DNA of 64,000 bases from Albugo candida (Eukaryota), in assembly GCA_040437565.1 (NCBI GenBank), contig JBDOQK010000054.1, forward strand, positions 62,001 to 126,000. The letters are read 5' to 3'. This document shows, piece by piece, positions 38,567 to 51,136 of the stretch. How positions within the stretch are numbered: position 1 is the first letter of the stretch; every line of letters starts with the position of its first letter. The notes under the pieces were generated by a model. It made no database searches and was not told the DNA's origin. It worked only from the letters and a program-made list of their open reading frames with translations. A program made the position numbers and the translations under genes.

Positions 38567-39442
38567 TCAAGATTTCGCAAGCCGTTTCTTTATTTGTGCT
38601 ATCGCTTTGGCTGGATTCAGCCCTTTTGGACAGGTTCTCGTGCAATTCATAATAGTATGACATTTGTATAGCTTGAATGAGTCGTTCAGATACTCCAATC
38701 GTTCCTGTGTTTTCGTGTCACGCGAATCCTCAATCCATCGAAAAGCTTGCAGTAATACCGCGGGACCCAGGTATTTCTCTGGATTCCACCAGTAACTTGG
38801 ACAAGATGTACTGCAACATGCGCATAAAATACACTCATACATTCCATCCAGTTTCTTTCGATCTTCTTTGGACTGCAAGTGTTCCACTTTTGAGGATTTA
38901 TTCGAGTCTGATTGGAGCCAGGGCTTTATCGACCGATACTGGTCGTAAAAGTTGTTCATGTCAGGAACTAAGTCGCGCATTACAAACATATGCGGAAGCG
39001 GATAGATCTTGATGACATCGCCTTTATTCTTTCGTAAAGGACTAAGACATGCCAAAGTATTCCCTCCATCGATATTCATTGCACAAGAGCCACAAATTCC
39101 TTCGCGACAAGACCTGAATCCGATTCAATTAGCTGGCGATATAACGTGTTTTAGTACAAACCTCCGGAATGTCAATGTTGGGTCCTGTTCATACTTTATC
39201 TTAAATAAAGCATCGAGCACCATAGGACCACACCTGTCGCGAAATAAGAGTGAGAATGCAAAGGCACACTATTCCGATCGACCTACTCATTGATATTGAC
39301 CGGATATGTGCTGATATATGGCTTTGATTTACTTTCGGGATCCCAGCGATATACTTTGAGATATTTGATATCCTACCGATATGGTTTGAGTACAGAGAAA
39401 ATGTTAAGAGGAAAACGTGCTTTTGGCCGAGACACGTTGCAT
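38567..39442 (-). CDS. SDHB: Succinate dehydrogenase Fe-S subunit, copy 1 (5'-deleted; possible pseudogene)
   Basis: [47 protein letters not shown] and [17 protein letters not shown]. Exon 1 is 86 nt shorter than in copy 2; the unspliced frame from ATG 39442 stops after 12 aa. Confidence 0.9.
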
Positions 39443-39702
39443 CTTCGAGGTAATGATCAAATCGAGTAATGAAACGCAGGAGTGACAACTTTCAACTTTC
39501 AATAAAATTCATTGAGGTTTGTACCAGTAAACGGGAACTTCCATGATATCTGTAATTGGAAGAGAAGGACTCGGTCTAAAGTACAATTACAAGAAGAAAA
39601 TGGTTCTCAACAGTGAATAAACACCTTTGTTTACCACGAAAAGACAACACTCAAAAACATACGCGTTAAAAACCTTATTTTTTTCGCTAGTACGTGTCTT
39701 GT

Positions 39703-40293
39703 TCAGTGTTTGGGCTTGAGGGAGGTGGATTCGTGTATTTGGGTCCCTACCCAATTTCCGTAGGTGAGTTTTCCTAATGATCGATTACTCGAATATAGTG
39801 CTGAAGGCACAATGGGTATTTTCACAATTCCACAGCTTCGTATTCCCGTCGGTCCCGTCAGACATGCTACATTATCTTCAAGAAAACAAGTCTCATTTGT
39901 TTGTTCACATATTCCCAGGGCCTGGGGCTGAGGGCATTTCCCCTCACGATTTCCGGCACATATTTCATTTGCATCTACGTAAGCAACAAATGTACCCACA
40001 CCTACAACGCTAACTGGTATGCATTCCCGGTGCGATTCGCACAAGGTTAGAGCCAAAGTTTTTGCATCGGGTCGAGCAGGAGCTGGAGTTGCACCTCCTG
40101 AATTACCTCTGGAATCACCTCTGAAACCACCTCCAATACCTCCTCTACCTCCATTATCTCGAGAACCACCCCCATAATCACCTTGACTACCACGATGAGA
40201 AGACACAGGAGTTTCAGTGTTGCTGTAGACGTCCACATACTCATTGCGCGCAACAGCAACAGCGGCTATACAAATAATCAACTGAATTCGCAT
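39703..40293 (-). CDS. Secreted Gly-rich protein with Cys-rich domain (paralog B, 196 aa)
   Basis: Likely start MRIQLIICIAAVAVARNEYV at 40293 by match to paralogs; Gly-rich linker; CIPVSVVGVGTF..ICAG..GKCPQPQALG..C..C. Confidence 0.85.
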   Translation of the reverse strand: MRIQLIICIAAVAVARNEYVDVYSNTETPVSSHRGSQGDYGGGSRDNGGRGGIGGGFRGDSRGNSGGATPAPARPDAKTLALTLCESHRECIPVSVVGVGTFVAYVDANEICAGNREGKCPQPQALGICEQTNETCFLEDNVACLTGPTGIRSCGIVKIPIVPSALYSSNRSLGKLTYGNWVGTQIHESTSLKPKH

Positions 40294-40416
40294 GATAGTC
40301 AGTCGCACCCTTGACTGTTGATGATGAAGCTTCCTTGTTTGGTTTGTTGCAAATGAGTTAAGTTTCAGCTGATTAGAAATGGTAATGCCGCTCTTACTAT
40401 TTGAAAAAAGTTGATC

Positions 40417-40440
40417 TGCATAGAGAGCGAGAAAAAACAC
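40417..40440 (-). promoter_or_regulatory. Shared upstream element, paralog B
   Basis: Minus strand GTGTTTTTTCTCGCTCTCTATGCA at about -147..-124 from ATG 40293. Confidence 0.7.
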
Positions 40441-43400
40441 GACTGAAAAAGCCAAAATTTTACTATTCAACCATTTTACTTCTATACGCATGCTTTTCCT
40501 CAGAAATGCTACATTATCATGTACACACCGCTCCTACACAATTTACGGCGCTGTGCAATGGAATGTGCGAATACAATGATAATGAAAACATGCGTTCGAC
40601 GTACCATGATAAATGCGGCAGGTTTATTTGCACAGCCATACCATCCGTTCCTAGAATTTAGTAAAGGAACCGCTTATATCGCAGTGTACTTTACTTCAGG
40701 GCACAGCCTTTCTGAAGTTGTAATTTACCAGGTCTCCATTCGAAACGATCTGGGTTACATACATTGTCGCAAGTAATAAGTTTAGTAAACATTGCAGGAA
40801 AAAGAACATGATCTCATTGCTCATGTTTTTGAGCTGCAGTGACCAACTCTTAGAGTCGATATGAGTGAAAAGTAGTTTTGGCTATCGTTGATAGGGAAGG
40901 TATTACAGTCAATGCACACAGAAACCGTCTTGAATTCAGATACTTGCTGCGCGGATTTGCTTCCACCGAAGTTCTAGAGCTGAACATCGGCTCTAGGCGC
41001 ACTTTGAGACCTTCGCCGATGCATTTGGGGCCTAAAACAGGAGCATAATAAAGAGGGTAAATCTCCAGCAGAATGCCACATAATTCTCATCATCGCTCAC
41101 TTCGACCAATATATTCATGTGTTCTTCAAACAACCACTATTATCGTATTCCTCTATTTTAGGAAGGTAGTGTCGACAGTTGTAGCTCGAGCGGAATGAAC
41201 TGACCAAGAACCACGCATACTCCGCTCAGTCGGAACAGGGTGAATTCCTGAGGGTCCTCGCACAATACGGTTCACTTGACGCCAGCATTTGACTTCTGCT
41301 ATGTGAGCTTCATGCTGGAGGACATGCCGTGGCCAATAATCCAACCGTGCACTAGTGTGCATCCATGTGTGTCGCATTCTTACTCAGTAAGAGTCACACC
41401 ATCCCACTACAACATCAACTTGAGCATCCCTCGTAGCCTCAAGTTGCTAATCATCGCAATCTTAGAGCCAGATGCTCGACATAATCGATCTATGCTCTTT
41501 TTGCATTCTTTTGAGCATTCAAGTCGCCTCCCCCCGATGCTGTCCTTGAGTAGCAGTACGTGGTCATACGAGCAGCACGACCTTTTCTTTTTGTCATTGT
41601 TTCCTGCACGAACTCGCAACGTCTTGCATGGGCACAACAATATGCACTCAGGACGTGAAGTCGATATAATTGTCTTTACTTCATTGACCGCTGTCAGCTG
41701 TTCTTTTGACTACCGATTTTTCACAGTTAAGTCAACATCTGATCGGTGAATGGGTAGAATGCTCATCTACCAGCTATGATGTTGTAATCGAATTATAATA
41801 AGTATTACAGTCTGCTCGTATTGAATTGTACGACAAAATGGGATGATATAAACGGCGAGTTATTGCTATGTCACGCTCGTGTAGTAGTAGCAAAGGCAGC
41901 ACCGAAAACGATCCATTAGCTTTCTCAGCATAGTATTTTGCATAACGGGTATTTCGTCGAAGTGAAGGAAGAAAACATACAAAAAAAATGCTGTAATTTG
42001 AAAACTGATAATTCGATCATTTCTTAATGGTTGTGCGCTTACTTGCGGACTACTTTGACTTTGGAAGCTCTTGTTCTCTATAGAAGCAAGCATCACACGC
42101 ATTATAATCGCTATTTGCTGGATCTTGAATAATCAAGATGAATGACTCGCTCATTATGCACTTGTCACTTTTATTCCTATAAAGATACGTATGCTGCTTC
42201 TCCGCCATCAGTACCAAATCTTGTATGTCGACGAGATGTGGGATTACGATGCGGTGGAGAGCGAAATCTAAATCCCCAAAGTAGTCAACTGCTTCAGCTC
42301 ATAAATGTGATGATGCCTCCACCGTCTTCGCACAAGTAACTTTTCGTCTTTATGGACCAATTTTAGTAATATGGCTGGAATTATTGCGTTCACACACCAA
42401 TATGAATACACGAAACAACAATTTTGGCTCGTAGTTGCTTTGATTAGATCATGGTTCAATTTTCTATAGCAAGATGAAGGCTATGTCAAGTTGTGATCGA
42501 AGTAAGATACCTATATCGAGCTAGAATTCGAAACGAACCTCAGGCAGTCGTCAAATGTCTGGAGAACAACAGATTGCTGCTAGTGCCCACCCATACATGT
42601 GGATGAACGACTCCGCATGGGCTTAATACGTCCCACCATTTCGGTCGTACTTCACTCACTGAGACGCGCTCCTGCACTCTTTAAATTAGTGAATTAGAAG
42701 ATCTTGACCATTACGCTCCATGGTCGAAATTGCTCCATAAGAGGCACCGGATACAACTTAAAAGATTTGGCTTTATGAGAATCGTTCTCTTGAAAGCTTG
42801 GCCCCGAGGATGGCCACCGGAAGGCTATCCATCATCCTGAAATGATCATCAAGAGCTTCGACTCCTGGTGATCGAACAACTATTCATTTAGGCTTTAGAA
42901 TTCTAGATTGCCGTGATTTTTCACAATGATAGTAAATATTCTCTCTTTATATTTGCGGGTTAATGTCTCTAAAGTAATCCGAAATGCGACTTCAGAATTT
43001 GGCAATGGCGCTGCTGGCACCAATTTAGCGATTAGGAATGCACAGGCTGGATTTTCTCGTCGCTATAAAGTTGTATTAGCATTCATATCAGAGGCTACAC
43101 GTTTCGCGATCTTCACGCAAAATTTATCTCTCGCCCGAGCATATCTCTTGCGCAGAGACTCTTGTGGTTTGATTAGTTCGATCAAAGTCGAATTGTTTCC
43201 CGCTTCGATCGTTGCACTGCCCTTCCCACTTGCTGTGACGAGTAGTGGTACGATTGCCGTCACTAATGCGCACAATCTTAAACCGCCTAACAAGGAATAC
43301 TGTCGACGTCGTCACACAGAGGTGCTGATGAATCACTCGAATCATGTTACTTAATGTCTAGTAAAGCATGGGAGTTGTCGCATCAGAGCCTGCTCAGAAA

Positions 43401-45959
43401 TGTCGTCGACCTGGCCACTCCTTTGACAAGGAAAAGATTCGGGTACGTAGCGGGCAAATTGAAAAATTGTCACATTGACCAACTGGTAGAAGGCTTAGTG
43501 CGAGCTATGCATAACCATCGATCAATAAAAGCAACTATGCGGGACATAACTTGTAATTGCGCTTTCGAATTTACAAACGCATGACTCAGATTGAATGAGC
43601 TATGGCGAGTGATCATAATGTTGTCCATGAGCTTCATCAGGATGTGCTTTTGTAGCGAGAAAAGGAAACTTGGATTCAATTGCTTTTGTCCAAGCTTGAT
43701 AAATTGAATATTTACATACGCTTTCTGTACTTAGTGGAGGCCTTACCATCTTTCAAGCCACCTCTTTCGGCACAGAGCTACACGAGCTGCACAGCTATTT
43801 CAACACTTGCAGCTCTACAACAGCGACGTAATTCTTATGACTGATCGCTCATAGACATTTTTCTCTCACCTTCTGAATAGTAATTGTGGGAGTATCGCCG
43901 CACCGCGGTACCTCCCAAAGGACGAGACCAAGTTATCATCACGGGTGATGGACAGATAGTTTACATGGCATCTACTCAGATTGAGCCTCTAATTGTGGAA
44001 GGCGGTCATCTCTAAGTTAATCTCGAATTATATAGACATAGGTATATACATCCTTTATAACGGCGAAACTTTCGTCGTCTTCTGATCTAATATCCCGCGG
44101 GATGCCATACTGATAGCTGATTATGAATATCAGCAGACTGCTGCAAGGATGTTGCGCTACCGCTGAGGATTTAGAACGCATTGCTGCAAGATTGCAGTTT
44201 GCCTTGAATTTGGCCAAAATGGTCGGGATTTCTTAGATGTTGCTCGANNNNNNNNNNNNNNNNNNNNNNNNNNNNNNNNNNNNNNNNNNNNNNNNNNNNN
44301 NNNNNNNNNNNNNNNNNNNNNNNNNNNNNNNNNNNNNNNNNNNNNNNATCCCGCAGGATGCCATACTGATAGCTAATTATGAATATCAGCAGACTGCTGC
44401 AAGGATGTTGCGCTACCGCTGAGGATTTAGAACGCAGTGCTGCAAGATTGCAGTTTGCCTTGAATTTGGCCAAAATGGTCGGGATTTCTTAGATGTTGCT
44501 CGATACTGACACTGGACGAGTCACAATCGAATGAAGACAGTAACATTAGAGATGCTGCAAATTGTCTGATACTCCCGGCAAGAAAATTCATCAACGCAGA
44601 TATCGAACTCACGTCTGCTTATGCCGGTTAGGTTAGCGCTACTGAATCATCGAATTATAAGCTACAAAAGTATATTTTCTGTACTATCAGCGCCAGGAGG
44701 CAAATCAGTGATATTACCGAGAATACAATGCATAAAAGCACCAAACGGGTAGGTCACTCGATCTTAGTAGTAGACGATTCACTGGATTATTTGACACATA
44801 AGCCTGTGAACAGCACGCCGTACATTACAAAGATTTTGAAAGAGGCGTTTTGACCTACTTCAGAGTCCAATTCCGGTTCGGTAGATCTTCGTTTGAGCCG
44901 CAAGGATTAAGTATGATAATCTATTGCACGTCCTAGCTCGTTTGTTGTTTTCATTATCCAGATAGTACGCATATAAAATGAAAAAGTAGACATTTACTGA
45001 CCAAGAAGCAATATCGTTCCGATCAAATGAATATTTTGTGTGATCCAAGCAGCTATATCCAAATCGAATGCGACTACTCTCGATATTCTCAATGAGGAGT
45101 GGCTGCGTCAAATGAACTCCATAGTGCGGATTAAATGTACAAGGTGACAGGAGAAGACGAAGATCAAACATGTGAAGCTTTATAATTAAGTTGGGACACG
45201 ATGCATGATGAATTTAGTCAGAAAAATGGTTCTTAGAAAACTTGACTCGATCACAGTATTTGCGTAATATAACGTGATTTCATTGAGACGGGATTTTCAA
45301 GCGCAACACTTCACATGGTGATGGCAACCTCGAACTATTTTGTTTTCTACAGCCCCTGCTCAGAGCTCGGGTTCATGTTCTGCTGAATTTGTCAACCATC
45401 TGATCGATTCTCGATGATTATAACCACATTGCAATACCTCGCCTTCAGATGTGTCAACTTACTTAATTCCATTTTTGGTATAAAGCTGAGGCTTATCTAT
45501 AGGATACTTTGGGAAGCACAAACTTTAGTATATGTGGGAGAAGGTTTGACCATCGCGGAACCATATTGCAAGCGGAAGTTTCGCTCATAGAACACAGTCA
45601 GCTGATTTTGATGCACAAAGCCATGATGACAAATAAAATCTGCATGCGCGTACGACATTTCTAGTTCGCACCTACTCTATGTGAACCAGTTCATGATTGG
45701 AACAGTTTGACGAACAGGCAGGACTGACTGCGGCCGAGTCTTTCAAGTGATTATAGAAGCACATACATTGGCAGTGAGCCTAGTATCAGCTTGTATATTC
45801 CCTACCAAACGTAATTATGTTCACAGCACCGAGAAGAATAAATTATACGCCAGTCGAGAAATTGAAGGAATGGACAAAGTACTCACCGACAACCCGAAAC
45901 AAAATTCAGGGTCATACATGCTTCATGACTTGTAAGTAGGACTGTGTACCTCACAGCTG

Positions 45960-46530
45960 ATTTGGGCAATTTCTCCGCGTCAATTCCATGTGAACACCCT
46001 ATTATGGTTTATAAGGAACCCATGCTGCTGCTTCTGTATGCTTGATAAAACTGATAGGATCGATGCCATCATACTTGCCCATGTTTCGACGCTACAAACT
46101 TGGAGATGAGATATTTTAGAGAGAGGTGAAACTGATCATCAAAGAGACGTAAGAAATGAGGTCAGGCTTCTAATCAATTCGATTGTTTAGGGCCTCATCT
46201 CAATCAAATCATGTTGGAAATTACGCCATATTGATGAGCTGATTAATGTATTGGATTCGCCTCATGTATACCGACACAAAGGCGCTGTTGATGAGCAATG
46301 GAAATCTTTCACCATCTGTTACACCACACATTTTGGTGAGCTAAGGCCATTCTCTTTCAGCAAGGAAGAGCGAGCGTATTGCTTATAAATATCGAAAAGA
46401 GTTCCGACAACTCATCTAACTTCAGTGCGGCGAATCTGGTGTCACACTCTCGTTGTATCCAACCATGCCACGTACTCTAACACAATTGGGCTGAAAACAA
46501 TGGGTCAAGTATTTGAGAAATTTGTTCAGC
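45960..46530 (+). mobile_element. Degenerate LINE (L1/Tx1-like) reverse-transcriptase remnant
   Basis: WIRLMYTDTKALLMSNGNLSPSVTP from 46252 and WVKYLRNLF from 46501, resembling RT subdomains and the KYLG motif. Stops and frameshifts throughout; ends approximate. Confidence 0.55.
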
Positions 46531-49002
46531 CAGACGAAATTTTACTCGATGGTATTCTCAGTATGCACTGCTCCTGGCTGACTACTGGTTGCGTAGACGA
46601 TGATTATATCACGTCTGGGGCACTACATTTTGCATGTGAATATAGTAGTATTATGAATACTCGACCTCGGCAATTGATCATGGATCCTTTTCTGCTTCGT
46701 CGGGAACATACATTTTTCTTTAGAAGCTTCCACCTGGTCAGCCAAAAGTAGCTCCTCTGGCAGGACAGTGAAGTACGACTTACTATTCGGTGGCACGACT
46801 GAAGCTTCAAAGAAATCAGTTCCTTCAACAGCTCTCATCTTATGCTCCGGCACTTGTTCTCGCACGCATGCACGACTACTCTAAGCTTGTTATCACAGCT
46901 CATCTTCCTCCGCTTGGACAATACGAGTGAATGGTCTTTTTTCTCTTTGGTCGTATCGGCATGGAAAACAGATAAATTGGAAAGCAGGGTTATTTGGTGA
47001 AATTTGTCCTCTCTCTGGAGCATGGTGCTCTGTGACGTGTGTACACATGCAGCAAACAGGGTGTTACGATCACGTACTGCATTGTGAAGCTTTTGCTTGC
47101 ATATCCGAGTATGGGAGTGTTGGAAATTAAGCGAATCACTCCGCATATTCGGAACTGGTCGCTAAAGCGTTTAAGAACCGAATCAAACTCCAAGGTTCCT
47201 TCCAAATAGCGACGCATGGCTTGTGAGGAAAGCATTCATGAAGAGCCATAATTTCTATCATGGATAAAAAATAGTTGCTTCGTCGGTTCTATGATACAGT
47301 CATCAAGCTACTGCAGCGTAGCCATTCGACACTTTGGTCATCGCATGGATTTAAATCATTACAATAGCAAGACTGTTTTCCATGAGATTACAATGCGAGG
47401 AGGAGATTTCCTTTTATAACAGGAACATTACTTTTGCTATCGATATTCTTTTGGAACTTTCAAGAAAGACAAAAAGTCATCCAATATTGCAACATTGGTC
47501 ATCCCGGGAAGGATCTGGAGGTACAAACATTTCTGACTGTTTTATAAATTAGCAAATCGTCTTCATGAACGTGTAACAATTTCTTTTTGAAGAAAGCTAT
47601 CTCAACATTTGTAATGCATCCAGGTAGAAGGCACGTACCTCTCTTAAGGTCGAAGTGGAAGGTCTGTCATCGGGTTTCATCCGACTTGTGGCTTGCAATG
47701 CATACAGTGATAGTGGCCTTTTTCTAGGCACATTAAAAATTTTGATCATTAGATCTGCGATCAATAAACCCGACCATTCCAGCACTTGCCGTGATATGTA
47801 CCACGCTCCGTGCGCACGCTTATTATTTTGAAGTGCGTACTACCATCAGGAAGAATGCATTTGTCCACCAGACCTCCAGGAGAAACTCACACAGAACGGC
47901 AAGTGCAAGGGCAAGTGCAACTAAAATCCTAGTCCCAGTCAGGCGGCTATGGTTAGCTTAGCGTGGTAGACATGAATTTTGGAGAGACTNNNNNNNNNNN
48001 NNNNNNNNNNNNNNNNNNNNNNNNNNNNNNNNNNNNNNNNNNNNNNNNNNNNNNNNNNNNNNNNNNNNNNNNNNNNNNNNNNNNNNNNNAAATCCTAGTC
48101 CCAGTCAGGCGGCTATGGTTAGCTTAGCGTGGTAGACATGAATTTTGGAGAGACTGCACTTCTGTTCAATCAAAGTATATTTGGTTACACGCTGAACATT
48201 GTCTCCTATTGTGATAGCCACACTGAAGGACTGTCAACTGTGCATATTTGATATTGTGTAAAATAGCCTAGTCTAATGAAAAATAAAGACATCTTTACTT
48301 GAGTATTCTTATAAACTGCACGATGCTACAGTTCCAATACTGCGAGTATAGTGCAAGCTTGAAGAAAGACATATTACATCATTTTCTGCACGAGCGTCGT
48401 GCATGAAACTTGAAATACATTCTCCTTTCACCAGATTGATCGTTCTCCATCGATTGGTTCACATCATATAAAATTGCACCTTGTCTGCTGGGACGCGTTG
48501 ACGTCCGATTCGCTCGGGCGCTGCGATAGTTCATATTCTGCTTGTGTAATGAAAGCATAGCCAACATTCGCATCCAAAGCGATATTGAGCCTTGGATTGA
48601 TTCCATTCCCAGCTTCTACGTCGTCTACGTCGTCACATCGACTTCATTCAGCTTCATAATGGCGCTGTCTCGTTGTCTTTGACTTCAACCAGTTTTAAGA
48701 GCATACATATCGTCGTAGCTGATCATCCATCACAATCATTTCAACGCTTTTTCTCCACAAAATTGATATGGGTGCACCCTGAGTCTGATCCACCGCAAAA
48801 ATGGAGAAGTAGAAGCGTTTGGCTTGAGCCAAGATCAATTTCTCTTCGTCTTCAGCTTGAGGTCCAGCGGTCTCGGACTGGGTACGTAAAGCGGCGTAAG
48901 ATTCATATTATTTACTGATGGCTGTGATGACGTCGAAAGATTACTAACTAATGATCTTTCACATCCGATGTTCGTAGTCGATTGACTCGTCTTGAGCACT
49001 AA

Positions 49003-49286
49003 TGTAACGGCGCGCACCACGTACCTGAAGGCGATCGAAATTCCCGAGAAAGGTGTTTTACGAGAAGCAGTCCTTCATCTCGAACCTTCATCAAAAATGC
49101 ATAATGATAAACTAGGATGCTTTCAAATACCGCCACGCTAAGGGATCTTTTACGACCAAAGCTCCAGTGTCCACACCAACTACACAATACATCGACGTGT
49201 ATTAAGACTACGAAAGACGTTCTTTCTTACGTGGTAGTCACGACTGAGCTGTGCGCTCGTGCTTTTTGGTCAATTCTTCCGTTACA
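49003..49286 (-). mobile_element. Putative retrotransposon LTR (284 bp)
   Basis: Perfect 8-bp terminal inverted repeats TGTAACGG...CCGTTACA (TG..CA). No target-site duplication. Orientation inferred from decayed coding-like sequence at ~48400-49000 on the minus strand. Confidence 0.55.
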
Positions 49287-50987
49287 TCACACAATACTCA
49301 ATATTGAACATTGACAAGTGCAAGACTGACATGTGTTTGATTTGTAATAAAAATATGGGAATTTGATATTACTAGTATTTGAAATACATCCGGTGATTTA
49401 AAGCTATGATACGTGGAGGAGTGCTGCATGTGGTCATCGTATATATTGCTACACAGTCAAAGTTNNNNNNNNNNNNNNNNNNNNNNNNNNNNNNNNNNNN
49501 NNNNNNNNNNNNNNNNNNNNNNNNNNNNNNNNNNNNNNNNNNNNNNNNNNNNNNNNNNNNNNNNTCACGACTGAGCTGTGCGCTCGTGCTTTTTGGTCAA
49601 TTCTTCCGTTACATCACACAATACTCAATACTGAACATTGACAAGTGCAAGACTGACATGTGTTTGATTTGTAATAAAAATATGGGAATTTGATATTACT
49701 AGTATTTGAAATACATCCGGTGATTTAAAGCTATGATACGTGGAGGAGTGCTGCATGTGGTCATCGTATATATTGCTACACAGTCAAAGTTTTAGCTTGC
49801 GTATTCGTGGCAAATTCATGTAGATTTCCAACCTTACAAGAGGTCGCATGTGGGAACAGCTTGGCACAACTGAAATACATAGGGCTAGTTAGCGTTTGAT
49901 CCGTTCAGCTTGATGTCGCCGTCGCGTGCTAGAAGACATTGCTTTCGATCGGCCGAACTTGCAGAGATGTAAGTAAACAGCCTGCGAAACGTTTTAACAG
50001 GAACGTTGTCAGGGGCTGGTTACAGACAGAACTACTGAAATATAGCTCTATGGCCACACTCCTCGAGACATATACCCTCTTTATTATTCCATAGGTTTGG
50101 GTCGAGTGCGTCGATCCAAGTCACGCAGTGCGTTTAAAGCTTACTTCTGGCATCGAAGAAACCGGAGGAAGCAGCACCTATTATATTGCTTACATTAGCT
50201 TCCGTACCTTTCAACTGCAAACGGTAGCCAGAATATTTTTCTGCTGTTATCGACTCTTGTAAGAATTCTTGAGTTTTCCTTAACAACAAACTCTAGCTCA
50301 AGCTCCCTGAGATATAAAGTTTCATCTAACATGCACATCATATATTGCGGCATGGTTTATACTGAAAAACGTCCGGGGGAATTACTCTACACGTGCGACA
50401 TTGTATAATCAAAATCAATTTGTATCATATTGAGACCTACCAAATTCTAGAACTCTCAGACAGGCTGTCTCCCAACCAAAGCACATCCTCACATGCGCAG
50501 TTGCTTTCGTGGACTAAAACTTTTAAACAGAACATTTTTATGCAGATAACCTGCCGCGTTTTCTATGATTCCCACGTCACGGTTAAAATCATATGTTCTA
50601 TCAACGACTGCTTTGAAATACACGTGCTCACCACATCGACTACTCGCGCTGCTACTAAGTGTACACGCAACTATTGCTCCACACCTAGAATTGCTTGCTT
50701 ATAGAGCGCAGTTACACGCTGACGAGGCAAAGTTTCATCCGTAAAGTTCGAATCGTTAAGAACCGGCGTTCTTTTACAGCCTATCTGACGCAAGACAGAC
50801 GCTAGTACAATCCTGTTGGCAAATATTTACAGAGGGAGGAAAAGCCATTGGCTGGCCGAACACATCTCTTTATAGTGAAACGCTACTTACACGAGAGTGC
50901 AGTATCTATCCACTCTGAGTAGATGTATGCGTATAGACTGTAAAATGGAGAGACCATACTTATAATGGAATTTGGATTTTCTCTGGT

Positions 50988-51011
50988 GTGTTTTTTCTCG
51001 CCCTCTATGCA
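50988..51011 (+). promoter_or_regulatory. Shared upstream element, paralog C
   Basis: GTGTTTTTTCTCGCCCTCTATGCA at about -149..-126 from ATG 51137; Inr/FPR TCATTTTCAAATTC at 51057-51070. Confidence 0.7.
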
Positions 51012-51136
51012 TGTAAACTTTTTTCAAAACGCACGGAGCGAATTTCAGTCTCAAGTTCATTTTCAAATTCCAATCCTTTGAAACAGTTCAAAAAACAAAA
51101 GTTTTAGTTCAACAGTCAAATCAACAAGTATCAAAC

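Noticed and set aside
39703-40491. 262-aa ORF with an extended hydrophobic N-terminus
   Set aside because: The extra 66 codons overlap the conserved promoter element and Inr; paralog alignment puts the start at 40293.
44120-44230. EDLERIAARLQFALN, resembling a Gypsy integrase C-terminal segment
   Set aside because: Single short motif with no supporting DDE or other pol motifs.
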